NCBI GenBank assembly: GCA_965216635.1
Contig: OZ244188.1
Coordinates: 800,001-864,000, forward strand
DNA from: a bacterium
GTDB taxonomy: Bacteria; SAR324; XYD2-FULL-50-16; G965216635
Direction: 5' to 3'
Length of the DNA: 64,000 bases
The position numbers were made by a program, and so were the translations under genes. The notes under the pieces are model-generated. The model was not told the origin of the DNA and ran no database searches. It saw nothing but the letters and a program-made list of their open reading frames with translations. Within the stretch, counting starts at the first letter, position 1. Each line of letters opens with the position of its first letter. Of the stretch, positions 50,332 to 60,790 are shown one piece after another.

Positions 50332-50615
50332 TAAATTTTTGAATTTGCTTGTCTAGTTTAGCCAAACCAAGTTTATTGCTTTCACTCCATACAGGCTTTA
50401 GTAAAAGAGCCACTGGCTCTTTTACATTTATTTTTGGGATTATGCAAGTTTTGTAGTGCCCTGATCCCATTATTGTGGCACTACGCCATTAAAAAAAATT
50501 TTTAACTCTTGAAATACTTGAGTATTCCTGCGAGCTAAAAATTTTTTTTGCACCTGTTCTAACCATTTGGCTAGCCCCAATAGTTAAATAAGCATCAGCG
50601 AAATTCAAAGCTCTA
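50332..50615. mobile_element. MITE-like element, long form
   Basis: TTTGAATTTGC...GAAATTCAAAGCTCTA, core and GAGCCACTGGCTC hairpins. Confidence 0.8.
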
Positions 50616-50684
50616 AGTTACCACTTCCTCAATATTTTTTTCAACCGCAACAAGAAGCCGACTTTTATAAATATCCTTACACAT
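50613..50684 (-). pseudogene. 23-codon stub coupled to the methyltransferase; possible remnant of partner endonuclease
   Basis: ATG overlaps MTase stop; MCKDIYKSRLLVAVEKNIEEVVT ends on the TAG of the MITE. Confidence 0.5.
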
Positions 50685-51603
50685 TTTGCATAATCCTCCG
50701 AGCTATTTTATAATCCATTCTACGTCTATATTTACCGTCTTTTCTTAATCCTTTAAAAGGAGTCAGAAATACATCTTGTGTCTTATACCTGAAATCACTA
50801 ATAAGATAATTAAGCTTCGCAATAGTATCGCTACTAGCTTCTATACCTCTTACCCTAGTTATGCTCCTAGAAGAATGAGTTATATCGTAGTTTTCTAACT
50901 CACTACCCAAACAAAATTTTATGGATGCTTCAGTAGTATTGTCTATTGCTATAAAACCTAACTCCCCTCTTTCATCATTAAAAACTACATTTCTACTTCC
51001 AGTATCGGTAGGTAAATATTTTCTTTTTAAATACTTGTTAAAGCCTATCAAAGAATCGTTCTCATAAATCAAAAAATCGTCCGAAATTTTATCACTAAAC
51101 AAAGCTAAACATACTGGATTGTCTGTATCATAAAATAATTTTTTTGTAATAACGCTCACTAAATCTAATCTATCTAAAAATAATCTTGCTTGTAAAAACG
51201 ATGCTGGTATAAGAGCCGCTACAAAATTACAATTTGCAAGACACAAAGCTAAACAATGTTTGTATAAATCGTCAAAACTAGTATCAGGAAAAGGTAGATC
51301 TAGTCTTCTTGCTCTACTTTTATAGAGCCAAGGCGGGTTTGTGACACAAAAATTGTGTCCTAAAGGAAAATTTTTTATTGTATCTTTGATAACAACTTTT
51401 TTATTTTTTGGAAATAAATCATACGAAAAATAATGTTCTGCATAATCCACAGATCTCAGCATATCTATAATAGAATTGGCTCCTGCAAATGGCTCTAAAA
51501 CAACCTCTTTTGCCAATTTATTTTCTTCTACCCATTCTTTGAAAAAATCAAATTCAAAGGGATTAAACAATTCAGTATAGTAGATACCTAATTCTTTTTT
51601 CAT
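50677..51603 (-). CDS. Amino DNA methyltransferase (gamma-type motif order)
   Basis: LGIYYT, LEPFAG, VTNPPW. Confidence 0.8.
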   Translation of the reverse strand: MKKELGIYYTELFNPFEFDFFKEWVEENKLAKEVVLEPFAGANSIIDMLRSVDYAEHYFSYDLFPKNKKVVIKDTIKNFPLGHNFCVTNPPWLYKSRARRLDLPFPDTSFDDLYKHCLALCLANCNFVAALIPASFLQARLFLDRLDLVSVITKKLFYDTDNPVCLALFSDKISDDFLIYENDSLIGFNKYLKRKYLPTDTGSRNVVFNDERGELGFIAIDNTTEASIKFCLGSELENYDITHSSRSITRVRGIEASSDTIAKLNYLISDFRYKTQDVFLTPFKGLRKDGKYRRRMDYKIARRIMQNV

Positions 51604-51632
51604 TATTTTATTAGATCGGATTCTAAAGAGGT

Positions 51633-52700
51633 TTATTTTTTAAACTTTATGAGTAATCGGTTTTCATAAAAGTAATCACAAGTAAGTAAAAAAAACAACA
51701 CCGAGCCTTGAAAAATTCCAGTCACAGCTTTAGGAAAACCCAATTCAATCTGCGCAATTTCTCCTCCTAGGTAAGAGCTTGCCATAAGAATACCAGCAAA
51801 AAAAATCCCTACAGGGTGTAGTCTTCCTAAGAAGGCAACAATAATTGCAGTATAGCCATAACCAGTAGTAAAGGTGGCATTGATTTGCCCTACAGCTCCA
51901 TTTACTTCCATCATACCTGCTAATCCAGCAAATCCGCCTCCAAGTAGCATAGAAACCCATAGTAGTTTTTTAGGATTAAAACCGGCATAAACTGTGGCAT
52001 TGGGAGAAAAGCCAATGACTTGCACTTGAAATCCAAGCAAGGTGCGTTGTAAAACTAGCCAAATCCCAAGTAAAACCAGTGGAGTCACCAAAACTCCTAT
52101 ATGCAATCTTGTTCCTTCTAAAAAAATAGGCAACAAAGCAGCAGAATGAAAAAGTTTAGATTCAGGAAAATTAAAACCTTCGGGGTCTTTGAATATACCT
52201 TGCACAAGATAGGCTAACAGTAAAAGTGCGATGTAGTTGAGCATTAAACTAGAAAGTATCTCATTAACATTGAAACGAGATTTAAAAAACGCTGGCACCC
52301 CAGCCCAAAACATACCAGCCAAAATGGCAAATAACCAAATAGCAGGCATTAACCAAACGCCTGTTTTGTCAAAAAAATATAGCGATACTGCAGAAGAACC
52401 GATAGCTCCAAGGATAAATTGACCTTCACCTCCTATATTCCATACACCCGCCCGAAACCCAATAGAAAGCCCTAATGCAATAAGTATAAGAGGGATAGAT
52501 TTGATGGCAAGCTCCCCTAAATTATAAAGCGAGCCAAAAGGTTTGAAGAAAAAAGCTTGTAAAGATTGAAGAACAGGGTAACCCAAAAAATGAAATGTAA
52601 TAAGACCCAACAGAACAGAAAGTAGTAGGGCTAATATAGGAGCAAAATAAAGCCAGAATTGAGATTTTTGTTGTCTTGCTTCTAGGTGTAAGGAAATCAT
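51633..52700 (-). CDS. Nucleoside-type ABC permease (first)
   Basis: WNIGGEGQ, VNEILSSLMLNY, GYGYTAIIVAFLGRLHP. Confidence 0.92.
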   Translation of the reverse strand: MISLHLEARQQKSQFWLYFAPILALLLSVLLGLITFHFLGYPVLQSLQAFFFKPFGSLYNLGELAIKSIPLILIALGLSIGFRAGVWNIGGEGQFILGAIGSSAVSLYFFDKTGVWLMPAIWLFAILAGMFWAGVPAFFKSRFNVNEILSSLMLNYIALLLLAYLVQGIFKDPEGFNFPESKLFHSAALLPIFLEGTRLHIGVLVTPLVLLGIWLVLQRTLLGFQVQVIGFSPNATVYAGFNPKKLLWVSMLLGGGFAGLAGMMEVNGAVGQINATFTTGYGYTAIIVAFLGRLHPVGIFFAGILMASSYLGGEIAQIELGFPKAVTGIFQGSVLFFLLTCDYFYENRLLIKFKK

Positions 52701-52727
52701 AGAAAAATTTATTTTATGAAAATAAAA

Positions 52728-52971
52728 TAGACCTTTGAATTTGCATTCTGTTTAGCCAAAACAAGCTTATTGCTTTCACTCTATACAAGCTTTAGCAAAA
52801 GAGCCAGTGGCTCTTTTGCAGTCTATATTGTGTTAGCTTTAAGTTTTGTAGTGTTTTTTACTACGCCATTAAAAATTTAAAAAAATGCTCACATACTATC
52901 GTGTATGCTCCGCTTTTTTGTAAATTTTATGCCTTGCCTAGCCGTCACATCAGCAAAATTCAAAAGGTCTA
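52728..52971. mobile_element. MITE-like element with alternative core; TAAAA direct repeat
   Basis: TAAAA-TAGACCTTTG...AAAGGTCTA-TAAAA. Confidence 0.85.
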
Positions 52972-52998
52972 TAAAATTATTAGAGGCTTATAGATAAA

Positions 52999-53577
52999 CT
53001 ACTGTCCAAAAGTTTCTGCATTTTTGAGATAAATTTCTTCTTCGGCTGTGTTTTTTCGTCCTAGAACTTTATTTCGGTAAGGGTATCTACCAAATTCCTT
53101 AACTATTTTATAATGCTCTAGTGCATATTTCAAACTACCCTCAAAGAATTTATCTTTTTTCGCTAGTTCACCGAATTGCTTTAAAGATAAATCTTGGGAT
53201 TCTAGTTCTTCGGAATGCATTAAAGGCATATAGAAAAAGAGTTGTTGAAAAGCAGTGAGAGTTGTATCTTGCCCTTTTTCTATCCCTTCTTTGCTGTTTT
53301 TTAGAGCAATAGAATCATAAGCAAAAGCTTTTTTTGTTTTACGATAGATATTGCGAGGAAATTGATCGCAAAGAATAATCAAAGCCAATCTTTGTAAGGG
53401 ACATTTTTTCCACTCGGTAAGTTTGCCTTGCTCTACTAAAAATAGCAAAGATTCAAATTGCTCTTGAATAAGTTTATCAAATTTTGGACTAGATTTATAC
53501 CAAATATTTATTTGTTTTTTACTAGGCGTAGTATCTGTTCCAAACCAAAAATTGAGAATATCTTTTGTTGTTTTCAT
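52999..53577 (-). CDS. DUF924 family protein
   Basis: ILNFWF, DQFPRNIYR, YMPLMHSE, FGRYPYRN. Confidence 0.92.
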   Translation of the reverse strand: MKTTKDILNFWFGTDTTPSKKQINIWYKSSPKFDKLIQEQFESLLFLVEQGKLTEWKKCPLQRLALIILCDQFPRNIYRKTKKAFAYDSIALKNSKEGIEKGQDTTLTAFQQLFFYMPLMHSEELESQDLSLKQFGELAKKDKFFEGSLKYALEHYKIVKEFGRYPYRNKVLGRKNTAEEEIYLKNAETFGQ

Positions 53578-54038
53578 TAGACTAAGTGGTGATACGCTTG
53601 AAAGCAAACTTCTACATCCAAACAAAAAACATATTTATTTCTTTTTTTATGGATATGTGTAAATAGTCCACTTAGGACGCCTTTGGGTAATTTTTTTTTT
53701 GTTTTTTCATCTAAAGGAAAAGCCTGTTCTTCTTCAAGGTTAACCTCTTCTACTTTCTGGTTAGTAAATAAACCAAAAGAAGTATTACGAGAAGTATAGT
53801 CTTTAACTAGCAAAACTCCTTTATTAGAAAATTGAATATTTTCTTGATCAAAATAAAAGTCCAAATGTATTAAAAATCCTTTTTTATTAGAAGATATCTT
53901 TTTGTAGCTCCAAATAGCAGTAGCATTATCATTGTTTTTCAAAATCAAGTTTGCAAGATTGGTCCTCTCGTTTAAAGTGCTTTTTTTCACAGCAATGTAG
54001 AATCGTTTTTGAGTGATGATGTAATAGTTGCTTTGCAT
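53577..54038 (-). CDS. Hypothetical protein
   Basis: 153-aa ORF whose stop abuts the DUF924 start. Confidence 0.6.
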   Translation of the reverse strand: MQSNYYIITQKRFYIAVKKSTLNERTNLANLILKNNDNATAIWSYKKISSNKKGFLIHLDFYFDQENIQFSNKGVLLVKDYTSRNTSFGLFTNQKVEEVNLEEEQAFPLDEKTKKKLPKGVLSGLFTHIHKKRNKYVFCLDVEVCFQAYHHLV

Positions 54039-54099
54039 AATGTTAGAGATCTTTTTAATGTCTAGCTAAATATATTGCTAAGTACTATCTAGGACTAGT

Positions 54100-54368
54100 A
54101 AAATATAAATATAACTTGTCTGTAGTCCGCTGTCAATCTAAAAAAAACACACAAATCTAAAAAAAAACAGAAATTTCCACTCTTATTTCTATAAATTTTG
54201 ATATATCTTCCGTGCAAGTGTATTCGTGGAAAAACAGCTATGAAAACTCCCGCTGCTATTCGTGTTGCCACGGCAGTGAAAGAAAAATGTGATGTGTTTT
54301 TTAAAAACGACAAACAGATAAAACTCCCGAAAAATTTAGAAAGAGTTTTATTTTTAGATTACCAATGA
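54100..54368 (+). pseudogene. Decayed PIN/VapC toxin; 5' limit uncertain
   Basis: IRGKTAMKTPAAIRVATAVKEKCDVFFKNDKQIK resembles the VapC C-terminal pattern; upstream stops. Confidence 0.65.
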
Positions 54369-54381
54369 AGCTAATCTTTAA

Positions 54382-56112
54382 CTAAATTTTTCCAATAGCT
54401 TGAGTGTAACTCACAACTCCTTTGGTAATACCTTGTGAAATTTTTTGTAGATACCTACTACGAGAAAGCAGCATTCTTTCATTTTTATTGGTCACAAAAC
54501 CTGTTTCTATTAAAATACTCGGCATTTGCGAGCCCACTAGCACCAGAAAAGGCGCCTTTTTCACACCTAAATCCCTAGGAGAATAGTTTTCCTTTAATTT
54601 TTGGATAATATTTTTTTGCACTAATTCGGCTAATTTTTTAGATTCTGGAACTTTGGTTTGATTGATTAAATCATTAAGAATTGCTTGTAGATCGCTGATA
54701 TTTTTCAGACTGCTACTATTTTCTCTAGCGGCGAGGTTTAAAGCAGTTTGATTCTTCGTCAAACTCAAATAATAAGTCTCTATACCTCTCACTTTGGTGT
54801 TTTTTAGTGCATTACAATGCAGACTGATAAAAAGATCTCCTTTCTTAGAGTTCGCAAAGGCTGTTCTTTTTTCCAAAGAAATAAATCTATCTGTATCTCT
54901 TGTTAAAAGAATATTTATTTTTGGTAAGGCTTTTTGCAATTCTTTTTTCAACATTAACGCCAACCTTAAAACGATTTTTTTTTCATAATACTGGTTACCA
55001 CCTACTGCTCCAGGGTCTTTCCCTCCGTGTCCTGGGTCTATAATAATTCTTTTTACTTTTAGACCAAATGCTTCTGCTAGATTGACATTGGAAGATTTAT
55101 TGTTGTCTTGTTTGAGTTCATTTAAAATCGCGTTCAACTGGGATGAATCACTATCACCTAAAATATCTATGATAATTTTATGCTCCTTACCTAAGTTTGT
55201 AGCAAAAACTTTTGTTTCAGTGAGAGTGTAAAGATCTATTACAAGACGGGTAGTTTGGGGGTTAAATTGAGCTATGCGAAGTTTTCTGATAATACCATTA
55301 CTACTGACTATTTTTTTTTTAAATTCTTTGGGTAGAATGGTATTCTGTATATCTATGTAGAAGCGAGGTGGTTTTTTTTGTTTTTGATTTTTTTCTAGTG
55401 CTTGATAGGTATAATCTGCTTTTTTGTCTAAAGTAAGAATCACTCTCGTCCAACTAGCTGTAGTAAAATAATCTAAATCTTTGATTTGAGCTGAATGAGA
55501 GTTTAGAGTCGTTTTTGCTGTTTTTGTTTTTGCTGTCTTTGTTTTTGCTGTCTTTGTTTTTGGGGGTGGAGGAGGAATTTTTTCTTTTGCAATAGCCAAT
55601 AAGGCTATTTTGGCATCTTTAATGAGTAGACTTTTGGGGTGTTTTTTTATCAATTTCTGAAAATAGACTCTTGCTTTTTGTGAATTATTTTGAAGAAGGT
55701 AGTTTTCTCCTATCCGAAAAACCGCATCATCTGCTAAGTAATTTTTTGGGTATTGATCTATGATTTTTTGAAAATAGCGAGTGCTGTGGTCTAGATTTTC
55801 TTTTTTTTTGTTCCAACGGTAAAGAGAAGTATAAAGATTTCCTATATTGTAAAGTGATTTTGGAGCATAAATGGTCTGTGGATGGTTTTTATAAATTTTT
55901 TCAAACTGAACGATGGTATTTTTCCAGTTATGTTCGTATTTGCGAAATTCACCTACTTCATAAAGTAGGTGATAGTTTTTACTAGCTTCTTTATATTGGG
56001 AAATATAACTTTGAGAAGTATCTGCTCGGGCAAAATCCCCCAATCCCAACAAACCAGTGCCAAAAAAACAAAAAAAAATGGTATAGATAAGAACAAATTT
56101 TTTTTCAATCAT
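54382..56112 (-). CDS. N-acetylmuramoyl-L-alanine amidase with TPR and AMIN-like domains
   Basis: IDPGHGGKDPGA, FISLHCN, SILIETGF; TPR-like N-terminus. Confidence 0.93.
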   Translation of the reverse strand: MIEKKFVLIYTIFFCFFGTGLLGLGDFARADTSQSYISQYKEASKNYHLLYEVGEFRKYEHNWKNTIVQFEKIYKNHPQTIYAPKSLYNIGNLYTSLYRWNKKKENLDHSTRYFQKIIDQYPKNYLADDAVFRIGENYLLQNNSQKARVYFQKLIKKHPKSLLIKDAKIALLAIAKEKIPPPPPKTKTAKTKTAKTKTAKTTLNSHSAQIKDLDYFTTASWTRVILTLDKKADYTYQALEKNQKQKKPPRFYIDIQNTILPKEFKKKIVSSNGIIRKLRIAQFNPQTTRLVIDLYTLTETKVFATNLGKEHKIIIDILGDSDSSQLNAILNELKQDNNKSSNVNLAEAFGLKVKRIIIDPGHGGKDPGAVGGNQYYEKKIVLRLALMLKKELQKALPKINILLTRDTDRFISLEKRTAFANSKKGDLFISLHCNALKNTKVRGIETYYLSLTKNQTALNLAARENSSSLKNISDLQAILNDLINQTKVPESKKLAELVQKNIIQKLKENYSPRDLGVKKAPFLVLVGSQMPSILIETGFVTNKNERMLLSRSRYLQKISQGITKGVVSYTQAIGKI

Positions 56113-56123
56113 AGATGATTTTT

Positions 56124-58829
56124 TTAGCTATTTATTTTTTTTAGGCGCTGTAAAACATTCAAAGCCTCTATCGGAGTGGTGGTTTCAAGATCTAAATCTG
56201 TCAAAATTTTTCTGATTTCACCCTCTGGAGCAATTATCCCTTCTGGAGATTTTTTTTGTATCACAGAAGTTGCTACCATAGAAATTTGTTTAGATTGAGG
56301 ATCAATATTTTTTTCCAATTCTTTGAGTATCTCAGTGGCTCTTTGCAGCACAGTAGGAGGCAATCCTGCAATATGGGCTACCTCTACCCCGTAGCTTTTA
56401 TTAGAAGAACCTTTTTTAATTTTCCTTAAAAATACTACCCTATCTTCCTTATTTTGGGTAAGTAGGTACATATTGATAATTCCCTTAAAATTTCTATCTA
56501 ACTTTACCAACTCGTGATAGTGGGTGGCAAAGAGAGTCATAATTTTTTTTTCGTGCAGAAATTCTAAAATAGCCCAAGCAATACTTATGCCGTCATAAGT
56601 GCTAGTTCCTCGTCCTATTTCGTCTAAAATAACAAAACTTTTTTTATCGCTATAACGCAAAATAGTAGCAGCTTCATTCATTTCCACCATAAAGGTGCTT
56701 TCCCCTTTTAAAATATTATCGGAAGCTCCTACTCTTGTAAATATTTGTTTGAAAATAGATAGTTTTGCCTTTTTAGCAGGTACAAAACATCCTATTTGAG
56801 CCATCACTAGAATCAAAGCAGTTTGTCTCATATAGGTAGATTTGCCACCCATATTAGGACCCGTAATAATAGAAATATATTTATCTTCTTGATTTAAAGA
56901 TAAATCATTGGCGACGAAAGGTTCGTTTTCTTGGACAGTTTCAATCAAAGGGTGTCTAGCCTCTACTAACTCAATTTTTTGGCTCTCTTCTATAGGGAAA
57001 AAACTAGGTTTATTATAACTTTTTTGTGCTGAAACAGAGGCTAATGATTGTAGACAATCCAAACCTGCTATCAATTTTGCTACTTTTTGCAAACGATTAA
57101 TATTCGCACAAAATTTTTCCCTAATTTCCAATAATAATTTTTCTTCCAGTATTATAATTTCTTCATCAGCACCCAGTATTTTTTCTTCTAATTCTTTGAG
57201 TTCTGCTGTCACAAATCTTTCACTGTGAGTAAGAGTCTGACGACGGATATAGTCTTGTGGAATATTTTCAAGATTGTTATTAGAAATTTCAATGAAAAAA
57301 CCAAACAGTCTATTAAAACGAATTTTCAGGGTTGGAATAGAGCTACGAATTTTTTCTTTTTTTTCTAACTGTTGCACTAAATGTTTATTATTCAAAACTA
57401 AATCTCGCCATTCGTCCAGCTTGGCGTGATATCCTTTTTTTATGTAACCCCCTTCTTTTCTATTATTTGTAGGATTCTCTGCAATGGAATTTGTTAAGAG
57501 AAATAAAAGATCTTTTAAGTCGTCCCACTCCAGATAAATTTTTTTCAGTAGTGGATTAGAAAATTCTTTAAGGAATTTTTTTAGCTCCTTTAGATGGACT
57601 AGACTCTGTCTGATTTTAGCAAAATCGCTAACCCAAAAATGGTTTAAGAAAATACGAGAAGAGAGCCTTTCTATATCAAAAATATTTTTAAAGACCTCTT
57701 TGCAACCATTTCTATTCTCTGTTTTTTCTATAAGCTCTGCTACTGCCTCTTGTCTATCTGTTATTTTATCTAGCCCCAATAAGGGCTCGCTGATCCATAC
57801 CCGCAACATTCTAGCACCCATTGCGGTATTCGTCTGATTGAGTAATCCAAACAAACTTTCTATTTTGCCAGATTGATCCAATACTTTAGAATGATTGATA
57901 TTTTCCATACTAAACAAATCCAAATGCTTCAAAGTAGATTCGTCTAATAGCATCTTATTTTTATTTTCAAGCCACTGAATAGAGCGGATAGCTACATCCT
58001 CTTGTACTTGGACTTCCCGAAGATAAAACAAGATAGCTCCTAGTGAGCTAACAACAGCTGGTTTTTTATTTAGTCCTAAAGAACCTAAGAATTTTAGATC
58101 TAGTTTTTTAAAAATTTCTTCTTTACAACTTTCAAAGTCAAAAAATTTTTCTGAAAAAAGATGGAAATTTTTTGTTGTTTCAAACCAAGTAAAAGAACGC
58201 ATTATTTTTTTAAACATTTCTAAAAATAATTCATCTTTTGCCCTCACAAAGTCTGGAAATAGAATTTCACTAGGTTTTTTAAGGTCTAATGAATTAACAA
58301 AAGCATCTAAATTGGAGGAATGAAAACTCTCTATAAAAAATTCTCCCGTAGAAAAATCGCAATAGCTCAAACCTATATTGTATTCTCGGCTTTCCTCTTT
58401 TTCTCGGCAAATACCTATACTCGCTAGATAATTGTTTTTAGAAGATTGCAGGTAATCTTCGTTCAATACAGTACTAGGTGTGACGATACGCACCACCTTT
58501 CTTTTGACAATTTCTTTTGTTTTATCGGCATCTTCTACTTGGCGGCAAAGAGCTACCCTATGACCAGCCCGTACTAATTTGTGGATATAATGCTCTGCAG
58601 AATGCAGTGGCAGACCACACATAGGTAGGGCATTAGGTTTGTTCTTATTCCTAGTAGTCAGTTGAATATTGAGAATTTTAGAAGCAACTATAGCATCTTC
58701 TGCGAACATTTCGTAAAAATCTCCTAATTGAAACATTAGGATCTTGTCAAAATGCTCTTTTTTTAAATTATGATACTGTATTTCTACAGGTGTTTGCTTT
58801 TTTATTTGTGGTGGAAATTGTAGCATCAA
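56124..58829 (-). CDS. mutS: DNA mismatch repair protein MutS
   Basis: GDFYEMF, TGPNMGGKST, STFMVEM, DEIGRGT, ATHYHEL. Confidence 0.98.
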   Translation of the reverse strand: MMLQFPPQIKKQTPVEIQYHNLKKEHFDKILMFQLGDFYEMFAEDAIVASKILNIQLTTRNKNKPNALPMCGLPLHSAEHYIHKLVRAGHRVALCRQVEDADKTKEIVKRKVVRIVTPSTVLNEDYLQSSKNNYLASIGICREKEESREYNIGLSYCDFSTGEFFIESFHSSNLDAFVNSLDLKKPSEILFPDFVRAKDELFLEMFKKIMRSFTWFETTKNFHLFSEKFFDFESCKEEIFKKLDLKFLGSLGLNKKPAVVSSLGAILFYLREVQVQEDVAIRSIQWLENKNKMLLDESTLKHLDLFSMENINHSKVLDQSGKIESLFGLLNQTNTAMGARMLRVWISEPLLGLDKITDRQEAVAELIEKTENRNGCKEVFKNIFDIERLSSRIFLNHFWVSDFAKIRQSLVHLKELKKFLKEFSNPLLKKIYLEWDDLKDLLFLLTNSIAENPTNNRKEGGYIKKGYHAKLDEWRDLVLNNKHLVQQLEKKEKIRSSIPTLKIRFNRLFGFFIEISNNNLENIPQDYIRRQTLTHSERFVTAELKELEEKILGADEEIIILEEKLLLEIREKFCANINRLQKVAKLIAGLDCLQSLASVSAQKSYNKPSFFPIEESQKIELVEARHPLIETVQENEPFVANDLSLNQEDKYISIITGPNMGGKSTYMRQTALILVMAQIGCFVPAKKAKLSIFKQIFTRVGASDNILKGESTFMVEMNEAATILRYSDKKSFVILDEIGRGTSTYDGISIAWAILEFLHEKKIMTLFATHYHELVKLDRNFKGIINMYLLTQNKEDRVVFLRKIKKGSSNKSYGVEVAHIAGLPPTVLQRATEILKELEKNIDPQSKQISMVATSVIQKKSPEGIIAPEGEIRKILTDLDLETTTPIEALNVLQRLKKINS

Positions 58830-58860
58830 TGAGTTATATTTTAGAAAATACTAATAAGAA

Positions 58861-59310
58861 ATGTCAGTCAAACTATATTCCATTTTAAAAAATTTTCAAA
58901 CCAAAAAAACAGGGTTCACTCTCTACCCTTTGGTTTTAATTATGATTGTCACCAGTGTATCTTTCAGCTATTTTACCCCTTTTTATGCTAAACAAAGATT
59001 AGAGAAAGTCGCCGAAGAAATCATTAGCCAAACGAACTATTTAAGACTTAGAGCTTTGATAGATCAAACTAGGTATTCTATGCAATTTGAAAATATAGCT
59101 GACAAAGTAAATTTGAAAATTGAACGACACACCCCTTACAGTCTTAATTTATTAGCCTACAACCCTAATTTTTCTTATACAATTAATAGCACAGGTAAGG
59201 TTTTTTTTTATCCTAATGGAAGAGTCAGCCCCAGAACCATTTCCATAAAATCAGGAGAACATATAAGAAAAATCACTATCTCCTTTGAAGGAAGGATAAG
59301 ACTACAGTGA
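58861..59310 (+). CDS. GspH/FimT-like minor pilin
   Basis: KKTG-FTL plus hydrophobic helix; FYPNGR and GRIR C-terminus. Confidence 0.65.
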   Translation: MSVKLYSILKNFQTKKTGFTLYPLVLIMIVTSVSFSYFTPFYAKQRLEKVAEEIISQTNYLRLRALIDQTRYSMQFENIADKVNLKIERHTPYSLNLLAYNPNFSYTINSTGKVFFYPNGRVSPRTISIKSGEHIRKITISFEGRIRLQ

Positions 59311-59453
59311 GTTGAATTATAGGGTAAATAAATAAATTCTTGACAAGTAAAGGAAAGTTTTATTAAAATAAATTTTCACAACCCAAATTCATTTAAAATG
59401 AAAAAACAAACAAAACCTAAAACCTCCAAAGCTTCATACTCGCGGTAGAAAAT

Positions 59454-59648
59454 TTATAGATTATCCATAAGGGTACTATCAGCGAAGCGAGAATCAAAAA
59501 AGCTGTTAAAGCAGTTATCTGGAGCTAGAACTAATAAATAGTGAAAGGAATCTACAATAGAAATATTTTCATCAATTGCCCTATTGGCTGAAAGCAGTAA
59601 GTCAAAAATAATAAGAATAATTTTTATCAGAGACAGATTTTTTAACAA
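59454..59648 (-). pseudogene. Possible PIN-domain fragment
   Basis: ISIVDSFHYLL...NC..FFDSRF resembles a VapC C-terminus. Confidence 0.3.
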
Positions 59649-59679
59649 AGAAACCTCTTAAGCAAAGGTCTCTAAAACT

Positions 59680-60066
59680 ATGAAAATTTTTATTAAAAAA
59701 AAATTCCATAATGGAAAAAAACTACCTGCCTTTAGCGTTTTAGAAGTAATGTTCGCAGGCATTATTTTTTTAATAATGCTTTTTTTTGTCAATCAATTTC
59801 TTTCACAAATTTTAAACAATCCTAGTTTTCAAGTAGATAGCGAGGAAGTTTTTAAAAAAATACAAAATTTTTCAGGCTATCCCGACCCATCCGCTACTCC
59901 AGTAGATGCAAGAGTAGATTTGTTATATAAATTTAGCAGAAATAGCTGCCACACCAATGATTCTGATTGGGATTGTCAACAAGTAGAGCTCAAGCTACCC
60001 AGTAATACACCCGGTGATACACCCAGTGATAAAAGCGTTTTTTGGTATTTATATATAAAAAGATGA
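59680..60066 (+). CDS. Prepilin-like protein (PilV/GspI-like)
   Basis: PA-FSVLEVMFAGIIF. Confidence 0.6.
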   Translation: MKIFIKKKFHNGKKLPAFSVLEVMFAGIIFLIMLFFVNQFLSQILNNPSFQVDSEEVFKKIQNFSGYPDPSATPVDARVDLLYKFSRNSCHTNDSDWDCQQVELKLPSNTPGDTPSDKSVFWYLYIKR

Positions 60067-60171
60067 TGCAAAAAAAAAACAGCTTCTCTTTATTAGACAG
60101 TGATAAAAGCGTTTTTTGGTATTTATATATAAAAAGATGATGCAAAAAAAAAACAGCTTCTCTTTATTAGA
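60024..60171 (+). repeat. Perfect 74-bp tandem duplication
   Basis: 60024-60097 equals 60098-60171. Confidence 0.9.
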
Positions 60172-60631
60172 TTTTGCAGTAGCAATGGTGATTTTTAGTA
60201 TATTATTAGCTGCTTTTTTGCCCCGTTGGGGAGATTATAACCGCTGGCTCAGTAGATTGAAAACCCAGTTTGGTTTTGAAGAACAGTATTTGGTTTTCCG
60301 CATTCAACTAGAAGAAGATTTTTATAACGCACTACTACACCAAACCTATTTGATAGACAATTTTAGCGACAATTTTCAGATGGAAAACTGGACGATTAAC
60401 TATAGCACGGGTAGGTTAGAAAAAAGGCTTGCCATCTATCAATTTCACTCAGATGACAAAAACATAAGACGCAAAACATCCACCCTAGGCTCTCCACAAC
60501 CTGTTTTAGAAGGAGTAGAATTATTTCAATACCACGTATTTAGAGACCTTGATAGAATTTGTTTAAGACTAGAATTAAAAAGTATTTTAGAAGACATGAA
60601 GAGGATAGATTCTCTCTGCAGAAATTTATAA
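60137..60631 (+). CDS. Prepilin-like protein (PilW/GspJ-like)
   Basis: KKNS-FSLLDFAVAMVIF; QPVLEGV. Confidence 0.6.
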   Translation: MMQKKNSFSLLDFAVAMVIFSILLAAFLPRWGDYNRWLSRLKTQFGFEEQYLVFRIQLEEDFYNALLHQTYLIDNFSDNFQMENWTINYSTGRLEKRLAIYQFHSDDKNIRRKTSTLGSPQPVLEGVELFQYHVFRDLDRICLRLELKSILEDMKRIDSLCRNL

Positions 60632-60633
60632 TA

Positions 60634-60790
60634 TAAACCTTTGAATTAGCGCTCTGTTTAGCCTAAACAAGCTTATTGCTTGACGTTTTTTATGGGCTAT
60701 TTAACAGCCAAAGGGCTGTTTCACAGTTCATTCTTGCTTAATGCAAGGTTTATAGTGTTCTTTGTTACGCCATTGAAAAAATTTTAAAAA
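60634..60790. mobile_element. Partial MITE-like element
   Basis: TAAACCTTTGAATT start, AACAGCCAAAGGGCTGTT hairpin. Confidence 0.7.
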
